NCBI GenBank assembly: GCA_025594325.1
Contig: JANHCV010000009.1
Coordinates: forward strand, 1,612,001 to 1,676,000
DNA: 64,000 bases
Reading direction: 5' to 3'
Origin: Blastocladiella emersonii ATCC 22665
Lineage: Eukaryota > Fungi > Blastocladiomycota
The notes below the pieces were generated by a model. That model worked only from the letters and a program-made list of their open reading frames with translations. It made no database searches and was not told the DNA's origin. The translations under genes and the position numbers were made by a program. Positions 24,115 through 34,453 of this stretch are shown here, piece by piece; within the stretch, counting starts at the first letter, position 1; every line of letters starts with the position of its first letter.

Positions 24115-24876
24115 ATGGATCTCAACTCGCCGCCCGCCATGGGCCTTGGCGTTCCCGCCGTTCTCGTTGGCCGCCGGATCGTGCTCGTCCCGCAGTCACC
24201 TCAGCTACCCGACGCGTGGATCGACTTCTACTTTGCGCTCAAGTCGGACCCCGTCGCGATGCATCATCTCGCGGCCGGCGGGGTCCCGCTCATGGCCTCG
24301 CGCCAGGCTGCGATTGCGGATCTCGAGGACCGCGCCGCCGTGAACGCTGCGGGAGAAGCTGGCAACTATCTGATCCTCGCTCCGACCGCCTCGGACATGC
24401 CGGCGGTCGTGACTTGGGCTTCGATCGCTTCTGATTCCGCTGCATGGACGCCCGTCGGCGTCGTGGGGCAGCCGCGCTGGATCGCGTCGCCCGACACGGC
24501 CGTGTTCCACGACGCTGTCACGCCGCGGGCCGAGATGGGCCTCATGGTGTCCCCGCACTTCCAGGGCCGCGGCATCGCCCACGAGGCTCTGTTCCTCGCG
24601 ATCTCGGCCACGTTTGACCACGCCAAGTTCAACGGTACCGAACCGGTCGTCTCCATGTGGTTCCGGACGACCAAATGCAACACGGCGATGCGCGGGTGGT
24701 GCGAGCGCATCCTCGGCGTCGCGGGTGAGCGGTGGGTCGAGGGCGCCGCCCGCGTCGGCCTCACGGGCGAGTGGGTCCAGTATGCCATGACACGCGCCGA
24801 TTGGGAATCCGCCGTCAAGGACCGCCTGCAGGACAAGGTTACAGCCGCTGTCCTTAAGCATTCGCACATTTTGTAA
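24115..24876 (+). CDS. GNAT acetyltransferase, RimJ/RimL-like (Acetyltransf_3), intronless
   Basis: AEMGLMVSPHFQGRGIAHEAL (motif A) and a downstream NTAMR. ATG in taccATG context, in frame with track ORF 23842..24876. Confidence 0.75.
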   Translation: MDLNSPPAMGLGVPAVLVGRRIVLVPQSPQLPDAWIDFYFALKSDPVAMHHLAAGGVPLMASRQAAIADLEDRAAVNAAGEAGNYLILAPTASDMPAVVTWASIASDSAAWTPVGVVGQPRWIASPDTAVFHDAVTPRAEMGLMVSPHFQGRGIAHEALFLAISATFDHAKFNGTEPVVSMWFRTTKCNTAMRGWCERILGVAGERWVEGAARVGLTGEWVQYAMTRADWESAVKDRLQDKVTAAVLKHSHIL

Positions 24877-24993
24877 CCCCCATTCTCCCCTTGCGCAAGT
24901 GTCTTGGTCGCTCAACCGTGAAGCAAGCAATGAAAGAAGGTCGTTACTCTGATTTCACGTCCACGGTTACACCGCCATGGGCGCGCAGCCAAC

Positions 24994-25021
24994 ACGCGTG
25001 AGACACTCCCGTCTCACGCGT
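24994..25021. repeat. Perfect hairpin, 11-bp stem and 6-nt loop
   Basis: acgcgtgagac-actccc-gtctcacgcgt read directly from the sequence. Confidence 0.85.
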
Positions 25022-25831
25022 TCCGAAATCACGTTGTCGGGACCGTGACCTGATCGAATCGAGTGCCGCTTCGCTCGACTGCGACGCGGCGCATGTCCGG
25101 CTCCCGTTGAATGACAACCACCCAGCCCATGTAACGCAGCACTTGTCGCAATGGATTGAGCGCTTGTACTTTATGCTGCGGCACCCTGCTTTGGCGCGCT
25201 TCCCGGCGAACTGGTCGCGGCGGTCCCCCAGCTCGCGGCCCCGTTCACCGCTCGTGTGCGCACTGCCTCAGCCCGGCTCAGTAATCACCTCGCCAGCTCG
25301 GCCCCGGGTATGAACGCATGGGCCGATCGCCTCCTTCAGCAGGCAAAACGCATGATATGGTCAACTGCGAGGACCTGGACATGTTCGCCCCGTGTGAACC
25401 GCTCCCATTGACCGCTTGGACCTGAATTACCTCACACTGGACTTTGCGGACGGCGGCTGGGTCAGAGTAACTGACGTGCACCCGAAATCGATCTAATACG
25501 CGACGCTCTCACCAGCCGCCTCCTCAGACACATTTACCCGAACAAGGCGCGCACTCAACGGGATCATCGGCGATGCCTTCTTCCGCGACGAGTTCAACCG
25601 GTGCTTCTGCGGGCCCGTGATATGCTGCATGCAAAGTCGTTTCCATGCATGTCGCTGGTTACTTTTGCTCCAGTTCGCGGTAACACGCTTGAGCCCGACA
25701 AGTCTCCACTCCGTGCCTTCACGGGTGGCGGAGGTCGCCCCCGCAGCTGCTCAAGATTTCTATGCCTGTCAAGGATTGGGGGGCGCTCTCATACGACGCG
25801 GGCGATCTGGTTTCTGACTACGCGGGTTACG

Positions 25832-28061
25832 ATGCGATACTTCAACGTCCTGTTCGGCTTTTCGAGTTTCTTGGGATCTGCGCTGGCCTCCTTCTCAGCG
25901 CCGATTCTCTCAATGTCCTTGGCGATCCGCTCCACCCAAATGGTCTTTCCCGAGCTTCTCATGTTGCTTCGAGACAAACGCATCTTGGGGCTTTTGGTTG
26001 CCACAATGGTCAGCGCGGAACCTGGCACTTCGCCCAAGGAGCTTTGCCCGGTTCTCGACTACCTGCTCGGCCCTGACTGGCTTCAGCCGCATCACCGGTC
26101 GTTCAACGACGTCGAGTTACTCCACCTCCTTTACGACTTCAAGACGCCTGATGTACTTGACTATGCGTTCAAACAGCCGTCTGGTGCTCGCGCTCTCGCC
26201 CTCGCTCAAGACAATGGAGGAACGGGACTTCGAGATTCGATTGCCAGAGCGGTTTGTGAGCTCGCACAAACGCCCTCAAGCGGGTCGGACATTTCTCAAC
26301 AACCGACCGCTGTAGTAGTACTTGTCATCAGACGGCCAAGCACCCTCCCATCGAGATGCTCCGGACTCTCTTCTGTGCTGACCCAGCATTCGTCCTTGCG
26401 AAGCTCCAAGCTCAGTGAAGACGACAACGACTTCCCGTACCCCTCGCTTTGGTCTGCAGTCTCCAACGAAGCCCTTGATGAAATCAAGCCCGCGCGGTGG
26501 ATAGCCAAAGCCGTCTTCTCGATTCGCCTCGACGGCCGCCAGAAGTTCGAAGAGAACCATGTGTACATCAATGAGATCCGACGTCCCGCGCTCAAGGCGG
26601 TTGGTTGAGTCACGCGAATACGCGGACGCGCTGCGTGAGTTGATCCATTCGTCAAAGTACTAGGTGTGCGCTGCCGATATCCCTTCTCCGCGAATCAGTT
26701 GATGCAACTGGCAAAGTTTTATCCGGACGCGCCGCGCCATCCGCGTGGGCGTACCGGTACTCTACGCAGGCGCCGGGACAGAGCTCGCGAAATAGGCGCG
26801 TGGACACCAAATCTGCGCGGCGGGGAGGTCGATGCCGACCATGGCCGAGCAGTGGGGAGGAGGAATTGGCCGTGTCCAACTATGGGCCCTGGGTTGGTTG
26901 CGCTACCGTCGCGTCTCCGAAGTGCTCGCCCAAGTCGTCAGGTGCCGATCCTTTCCATCTTGCTGGCGTCATGAAGCGCGTTCGCGAGCTCGGTTCGCTC
27001 AATGACATCGTTTAGGCCGTCAAATGCTCTCAGCCCTTTAACGCGTCCGTCCACCAGGGACAGCATTGAGCATTCCTTGGCGCAAGTCAGCCTTACCAAA
27101 CGCAAGCTCTGCGGCGGCCAGCCCTCGTCGCTCGACCTGGCCTCGGTCGCATCGTTCCGCACTTTTCTGCATGAGAGCGTCGACCGGTTTCTGGTCTCGT
27201 ACTTTGATGCGCGGCGGCCCACGCCCAATACCATAGATCAAGCTGTCGAGATCGCCCGGCGGCACTTATTGCTGAAGCTGGACCACTGTGTGCGGGAGGA
27301 GGAGGTGGTGGTGGTGGCGAACACGCGACTCGTGTGCGACCCCTCGCTGTCCAGCGACGAGCGCCAGTGGCTCGGCCAACGACCTCGCGGCACGCGGCTA
27401 CACGTTTGCCGAGTCGCTCGACACGCAGCGCGCCGGTGACGTGCTCCGCATGCATACTAGACCTGTGGCAGTCGCTCGTCGACTCGGCGCCGCCCGCGAC
27501 CGCCGCGCCGGGCGGCGAGCCGCATTGGGTCTTGGTCCGCGACGTTGTGCAACCGCTCGCCGACCCCGAGTACGCCGCCGATCATCGACATGTAGTCCAA
27601 TAACAAAGTAGCGAGGGTCACGGATGGACCGGGGTGAATGTATTCGTCGTCGTTCGGCACGTGTCCCATACTCGCGACCAGTACCCGTCGTGGACCGCCA
27701 GGAACTTGAGCGGCTTGGATCCCGCGAGCCGAGGTAGATGCGGCGGCACGATGCGGACGAACGAGAAGAGCGTATGCTGGTGGTTGCAGTCGAACTTGAC
27801 CGACGCGACCGAGACCGAGACGAGAAGTTGTGCACAACCGCCATGGCCTCGTTGGAGACATGCGCGCTTGATCTTCTTGAAGGCGACGCGACGGACCGCC
27901 GAGCGAGGGTACGCGAGGAGCGGCTCGACTTGAGGATGCGGTACGACAGCATGATCTTGCCGGGTACGTGCGCCGCGGGGACCGACCTTGGTGGATGGAT
28001 CTACGCGGGAGTGAGCGTTAGCGTGAGCGTCAGTGCTTCTAATCGTGACGAGTGTAAGTAA
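25832..28061 (+). pseudogene. Chain of decayed lineage-specific coding sequence
   Basis: Successive same-strand ORFs linked by in-frame stops (TAG 27013-27015 in DIV*AVK; TAA 27601-27603 in HVVQ*QSS) and frameshifts. No family recognised; may be more than one gene. Confidence 0.4.
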
Positions 28062-28779
28062 GGTCGGGATGCGGAACCTCGAACCACGGTCAAAACCCGC
28101 CTTGGTACTGCACACGACGTGAAGCCGCCGCCGGCCCAAGCAGGTGAACAGGTTGCTGAGCAGCGCGCGTCGTCTTGGAATCGACGAGGAGGATGCGCGT
28201 GGAGATGGTGATGAAAACGGTCATGACGATCTACACACACGACGGGCGAGAATCGTCGTGAGTCAGTCGGTAGGCGATCCCACAGACGAGCATCGGCGCC
28301 GCCGTACCTGCTGCTTCCCGCGATCGAGAGAGCCTCAAGCGCTGCGTTTGAACTTGAACTTGGTGGGTGGGTAACCGGCGTACGGGGTGCCCCCGGTGCA
28401 GCGCGGGCGGCGTTTCTGTACGACGGGTAGTATTTTCAGATCGGTCCAGCCGCTCCGCCAACAGACGCAAGGTCCATGGGCCACTACCCGCCACCTACTC
28501 GGCCGCCACACCGTTTGCCTCCCTTCATTAGCCCCTCCGCACGGCCGAGACCCCCGCCAGCCGCGCCACACACGAGTCCGCTGCAGCATACGTTGGGGCG
28601 AACGAGCGCATGAAGGGGGAGGTGTGGGCGGTGCTTACGCTTTGCTTACGGCGAGGGCTCGTGCCGCAAAGGGCGTGCCGAGGGAGAGAACTAGGCCAGG
28701 AGGGTACTAGGCCCGCACCGGGGGAGGGGCATCTACACGAGGGAGAGCGAGCACGGGCGGTCGCGGCGGGCGACGCGTT

Positions 28780-29950
28780 ACTGGACTCGGGCGTGCGAGC
28801 GTACCCACGACGAGTGCTCGAGCGACGGTTTGGGCACGGCGGCCGTCGCGGCCGCGAGGGCCTTCATGTCGATGAAGAGTGTAACGCTGACCATGAGCTG
28901 ATGATGCTGACGCGCGAGTCGTCGAGTACCGATCCCTCTACAGTCGGCGCGCGAGTGAGTGGTCGGTGGCTTCTGAATGTCCGCGCTATGGCCATGAGCG
29001 CACCCTTGTTGATACTGCCGTCGCCGATGAGATAAACCCGCCGAGCTTGAGCAGCGCGTCTCGTCGAGAGCGTGAGCACGCGCGGCGCCCTCGAGTACTA
29101 GCACTTGACCGGGAAGTTGTGCGACGCATAATCGGCCTGCTGCTGTTGTTTGGACAAACTTGGTGAGCAACTTGATCCGCGCCGCGCCGCGCCGCGAGCC
29201 GAGAACGAGCGCGTTGGAGTCGATGCCGAAACGGCATGCGACGACAGATCGGCTTCGACGGCTGGCTAGCCTTGATGATGGCCGTTGAGAGCGCGAGCCC
29301 GATCCGCCTACACGACCGGGAGCATGAGGTCAGAGCGAGATCAGCGGCACGTGTCTCGGCCGTGACGTCGCCGTACCTGTCGTATTGGCGCACCGCCGAG
29401 CTCGACGTAGCCGTACTTGGTGCCGACTCGAGCAAGTCGAGCCGTGCCACGCGGCTGCCGCGGCGGAACGTGCGACCGAGTCGACGGCGGGTCAGCAGCA
29501 CGAGCTCGACCATGGGCACCATCAGTCGAACTTGTGGATCGACACCCGCGGAGAATCTTCACATGCATGCAATTCGTGAGCCGCGAGCTCACTCCGTGGC
29601 GGGATCATGAGATGAGGTACCTTGGCGCGTAGGCGCGATGCGTTGATGGCCGGACCCGCCCCGCCACGCAGCACGACGTGAACTCGGCCAGATCGTGCGA
29701 CACATCGCGGCGCCCGGTCGCGGTTGCGGTAAAGGCGGCTCCATGGGACGTGTTGCTGGTACGAGGCGCTACCCGAGCGGCCCGTTCTCGACGTTGTTGA
29801 CGAGCGTGCGTGCCGAGAAGCGTGCCCATGACGCGGAACAGCGTGTTGGCGAAGCCGTAGCTCGGGTAGGCGCGAGGTACGACGACAGCTGGATCACGAT
29901 CGCCGAGCTGCTGGACTTGACGTAGCTGGTAGGTACTTCTTAAGCACCGG
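28780..29950 (-). pseudogene. Decayed coding fragments, possibly a membrane protein (mirror 62,642-63,812, +)
   Basis: Short stretches with host codon bias in shifting frames (YVKSSSSAIVIQLSSYL; PSYGFANTLFRVMGTLLG; LMVSVTLFIDMKAL) and a GTACGC donor-like site. Identity unresolved. Confidence 0.3.
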
Positions 29951-30799
29951 ACCGGACCGACGCGCCTACACACGCGCGGTGACCCGACGTTAGCGCCAAG
30001 GCGAGGCAGATCCGAGCCACAACGACGGCTGCGTACCTGGTGTGCGGCGGCGCACTCGTGGTGGCACTGGATCCGGGCTGCCGGCCGAGGCCCTGCCCGT
30101 CGCGTCGCGTCGCGTCGCAAGATGAGATTGATGCATAGGGAGGAGACTGAGGCCCACACGACGTGCACTCCGTGAGCTCTCCGTGAGCGCGATGCAGTCA
30201 GTGTCATTCATGGCTTGATTCGACGCGCAAGAAGGAGCGAAGGTCGCTGGTCACACTCGCCTCCTTGTTTCGCGGTGTTTCGAGTTCCGCGGCGGAACGA
30301 GGGGAGGGAGGGAGGGAGACACGCGGGACGACGACGCGTCGCACCGTCACGTGAGCGTGCGCGAGACAATTTCCCAATTTTCCGGGCACGCGTTTTGGAG
30401 ACACTTGGAGACATTTTTCTCCTTTGCGCCGCCGTCATCGACGATCTTGGAGGGGGACCGCCGACAACATCAAAACGATTAAGCGATGGCGGCGAAGGAC
30501 GACATGTTGTCCGTTCGGTCTCTCGCCCGACCCCCCACCCGCCACCAACTCTCCATGAATCGGTCCCTTGACCCACCGTAACTTGCTGCAATCTTATCTT
30601 CGAGCGCACTATGCTCAACCTCGTCCTAGTCCTGAGCAGCATCGCGCCACTGGTCGGCGGGGACCCGCTGCGCGGTGGGCCAGCGGTTTGTGCGCGGTGC
30701 ATTACGTGTTTCGTCATGCTCGGTCAGTGTTGATTATTGCACGAACTGCGTCTCCGCGAGACGCTGACCTGCCAACACCAACTCGGTCGACGAAGTCGT

Positions 30800-32137
30800 G
30801 TAAAATCGCCGAGTACCGGGCGCTGGTCGAGGCGCACCCGCTGACGGGCGAGCTGGATCATGCGGCCGTGGACCGATCGCCCAAGGGGAGCTGCTGGCTG
30901 GATCACTTGGCCATCTAGAACGCCATTGCCGGACGCGCTCATTACGCTGGCCGAGGACAACTCGATTGGCGTGGTGCGGCCGTCCGACGGGTCGCTGCTG
31001 TGGTGGATCCCGAACCACGCCGAGATCCCGACCGAGCTCGCGTGGCGGGACGACCTTGTCGTCGCTGGGTACCGCCGTGACCACGCGCACGTATGGGGCA
31101 CGCGCGACGGGATTCTGGACTGGTCGGTCGGTCCACAGCAAAAACGGCGCAGCACATCTTGGCCCGGCACCCCATTGGTGCCGCCAAAGGGTCCCCGACG
31201 CCGAGGGACGGCTCGCGCGGCGCGAGTGCACCATCAGGACGGCCGAACGCCAGCAGCGAGCTCGCGGTCCGAACCCGAGCCTGCCACCGCTCGTCGACCC
31301 GTTCCTCGAGCGCAACTGGCGCGCGGTCGCGGCTCACAACGGAAGAGTCGGGTACCGGCACCGACGACACGTACTCGGGCTCGCGCTCGCCGACTGTCGA
31401 CGACCAGCGCGAGCACGCGCACACCCCACCGCCGTCCATCGACCCGTTCCTCGACGCCGCGCAGCAGGTTGAGCGCGGCGAGTACGGTTACGGCGACAGC
31501 GGCAAGCTGATCAGCCCCATCATGTCGAGGCCGCTCAGCCCGGAGCCGATGGTCGGCAAGGTGCGTTTGCGGACGGTCGGGAGCGGGATGTACGCAAATC
31601 ACTGACCTGTCGTCGTGTGTCTCACGTAGTCGCTTGCCGAGCCCCAGCAGCAGCATGGCGACTCGAGCCCGCTGTGGACGAGCACCGAGTCCAACCTGCC
31701 GTCGTCGCCCGCGCCGCGTCCTGCCGACGACCCGCCCCCGTCGCCGCACATTGACCTCGAGCCCGCCGCCACCCTCATGACGGCCGCCGGCACGACCGCC
31801 GAGGCGGCATCGGTCCCGTCGCCCGTCCCGCTGTGCGTACCCGTTCCCATCGCGTCGTAGCTGCAGCCAGAACCAGCCCTGCGCCGCCGCTCGAGCGCGT
31901 CGGCCATCAAGCCTGCGCCAGCGCCGACGCCCGCCATCTCGACGACCGCGACCACGACCGCGGCCGCGTCGTCCAGGCTCACTGCGCTCGGCCAGGACCC
32001 GCTCGACCCGGCCGTCGGCCTCTGGCCGATCCGCGGCGGCCGGCAACAGGCGCGCCAGTCGACGCAGCTTGCCCTCGAGCTCCATCCAGGACCTGACGCG
32101 CGAGGGGGCACGCCATCGACCATCATCTGGTGCGTTA
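30800..32137 (+). pseudogene. WDR7: WDR7/Rabconnectin-3beta-like fragment (central WD repeats plus low-complexity continuation), left copy
   Basis: LITLAEDNSIG..H..LAWRDDLVVAG..VW..GILDWSVG then KTAQHIL after a frameshift near 31,140 follows the WDR7 pattern. Intron 31561-31629 (GTGCGT..actgac..TAG); in-frame TAG 31858-31860. Confidence 0.6.
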
Positions 32138-34453
32138 TCAATTCTCACGGGTCGGACGGTGTTCGTGGATCTCGTCGACGACGTCAGCCGCGTTGACGGA
32201 GACGTACTCGGCAGCCAGCTCCGAGTCCGACGACGAGGGCGACGCGTACGCGGTGGCGGCGGCGGCGGGCTTCTTGGCGGCCGTCGACTTCTTCTTGGAC
32301 TTATTGATGGCGCGGGACGGCGGGGCGGGCGCGACCTCGTGCGCGGGCGCGAGCGGCTCGACGAGGGCGAGGACGGGGGCGAACACGTCGGCGGAGACCG
32401 AGGGTGGCATGAAGGTGCCGTTGAAGAGCAGGGCCGAGCACGACAGCCGGTCGATCGAGGCGGCGCCGCGGATCTCGAAGCCGAACGGGTCCTCGTCCGA
32501 CGAGTCGCTGTCGGAGCACGAGGCGTCGGTCTCGTAGCCGCTCTCGTAGCCGTCGGGCAGGGTCTTGGACATGGTCATAGACGCCTCGATGTCGAGACCG
32601 ACCGTCGGGGTGGTGGGGCGCGAGGCGAGGTCGCTCGCGGGGATCGTGATGCCCGTCGCCAGCGCGACCTCGGCGTCGAGCGCCGCCGCCACCGGCTTGG
32701 TGTTGTTGATGTTGATGTTCTTGGACAGGATGGTCGGCGTCACCGAGCCGATCGACTGCGCGAGACCCGCGTCAGGGGCGAGCTCAGTCGGGGTAGTGGG
32801 GCGCGAGACGGTGTCGCGCGCAGGGGTGTCCTTCGTGGTCGGGAACTGTCCCAGGATCTCGGACTCGGGCACGGTCACCGACTTGATGGTGTCGATGTCG
32901 AGGACCGACAGCTCGAGGACCGAAGCGGGCGAGATGGTGCAGGTCGAGTCGGACGTGGTGGCGGTGGTGCTGCCCGACACGGTCATGTCGTCGTCGTCGG
33001 TCCGGTTGGTCTCGAGGTCTGACTTGAGGTTGGTGGAGTGGTTGGGGCACGCGTCGACGAGGGTCTCGGCGTCCGAGTCGGCGACGGTCGAGTCACACGC
33101 GTCGCACGCGGCGTGGCCATCGAGGAGGTCCGAGTCGCACGCGTCGAGGTCGTCGTGGACGCCCGAGTCGATCTTGGAGGTGGGCCGCGCGTGGCGCAGC
33201 GCGAGCGAGGTGACGAAGCCGAAGACGATGGTCAGGGCGACGATGGTGATGAGGTAGTCGAGTCGAGCGACGGCAACGAGGCCGGTGGTAGTCAGGGCGA
33301 CAAAGTCGGTGGGGAGGAGGGTGCTGGGGATTACAATAATGGAGGAAAGAGCGCGGAGGTACGAGTAGTCGAGTAGGGGGGTGAGAGTCTTGGTGAGCCG
33401 GAGCGTCGGCTCCTTGAGGGCCGAGTACAGGTCGGACAGGGCGGCCGCGGCGTGGCCGGCGGTCAGCGTCGTCGCGACGTGGAGGGCGGGGCTGCATAGC
33501 TTGCCACCGCCCATGGTGATGCAGACGGGTGCGGGTGTAGCGACCCGAGGCGTGGCTGCGGTAGCCGCGACCTTGAGGGCGACCGGCAGCGTCTGGTTCT
33601 TGGCAAAGTCGATGCCCATGGGGCTGGCGCGCGACGCGCACGGGATGTAGTTGTAGTTGTAGTTGGTGCGTGGAGCGAGCGGGCCGCAGGACGAGATGAT
33701 GGTGAAGTCGGTCGGGTTGAGGAAGTCGGTGAAGTCGAGGGTGGCGAGCGAGGTCGCGCCGAAAAAGTCGTAGGACGACGAGACCGCGGTCACGGCGGCC
33801 GCGGCAGTCGAGGTGGCGGTGGTGCGCACATGTTGCGCGTAGTAGTCTGCGATACATGGCCATGGAGTGTGAGTTTCATGGCCATCGAGAGAGAGAGCGA
33901 GCGAGGGGAGGGGCGGCGAAGGGAGGTGAAAGCGGGCCCACGTGGCGCGTCTCCCGGCTTTGAGCGACGCGTCTCGCAGCACACGTCGGCGCGCGACGCG
34001 CCACCCGCGAGCTTGGGGAGAGCCGGGACCACGGGCGATTCCGCGACGAGAGGGAGTAGAGGGTGGAGACGTACCAATCGAGGGCCTGAGGAAGGCCATG
34101 AAGCCGCAGCCCGTGCGGGTCGCGGGGAAGTCGGCCGAGTTGTCGTAGGTGCCGTCGATCGAGTCGGCGGGGTACAGGTTGAAGTCGAACTTGGTCGCGA
34201 TGAAGTCGAAGATGGCGTTTCCGGGAGTAGTAGTCGAGGTTGTCGAGGCCGAGGGCACGAGCGGGGCAGAGGCGCGGGGGCACACCTCGGCGATGAGGTA
34301 GAGGGCGGACGGGTACGCGCACACGGGCGCGGCAGCAGCGGAGGTAGCGGTGGCGGACACGGCGGGGATGGCGAAGGCGGCGGCGCCCTGCATGGTCGAG
34401 AAGAGGGCCATGAGCGCGAGGCCGAGGGCCAGGATGATGGCGATCGGGTCCAT
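32138..34453 (-). CDS. Orphan Thr/Ala/Ser-rich membrane or surface protein (695 aa if intron 33847-34074 is spliced), left copy
   Basis: ATG in accaccATG context, N-terminal hydrophobic segment IAIILALGLALMALF, a second TM-like segment YLITIVALTIVFGFVTSLAL, and an acidic low-complexity tail. Strong host codon bias; no stops or frameshifts. Confidence 0.75.
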   Translation of the reverse strand: MDPIAIILALGLALMALFSTMQGAAAFAIPAVSATATSAAAAPVCAYPSALYLIAEVCPRASAPLVPSASTTSTTTPGNAIFDFIATKFDFNLYPADSIDGTYDNSADFPATRTGCGFMAFLRPSIGTSPPSTPSRRGIARGPGSPQARGWRVARRRVLRDASLKAGRRATWARFHLPSPPLPSLALSLDGHETHTPWPCIADYYAQHVRTTATSTAAAAVTAVSSSYDFFGATSLATLDFTDFLNPTDFTIISSCGPLAPRTNYNYNYIPCASRASPMGIDFAKNQTLPVALKVAATAATPRVATPAPVCITMGGGKLCSPALHVATTLTAGHAAAALSDLYSALKEPTLRLTKTLTPLLDYSYLRALSSIIVIPSTLLPTDFVALTTTGLVAVARLDYLITIVALTIVFGFVTSLALRHARPTSKIDSGVHDDLDACDSDLLDGHAACDACDSTVADSDAETLVDACPNHSTNLKSDLETNRTDDDDMTVSGSTTATTSDSTCTISPASVLELSVLDIDTIKSVTVPESEILGQFPTTKDTPARDTVSRPTTPTELAPDAGLAQSIGSVTPTILSKNININNTKPVAAALDAEVALATGITIPASDLASRPTTPTVGLDIEASMTMSKTLPDGYESGYETDASCSDSDSSDEDPFGFEIRGAASIDRLSCSALLFNGTFMPPSVSADVFAPVLALVEPLAPAHEVAPAPPSRAINKSKKKSTAAKKPAAAATAYASPSSSDSELAAEYVSVNAADVVDEIHEHRPTREN

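Noticed and set aside
24994-25040. Hairpin as a Helitron 3' end
   Set aside because: No CTRR terminus at the expected short distance on either strand, and no Rep/helicase in the window.
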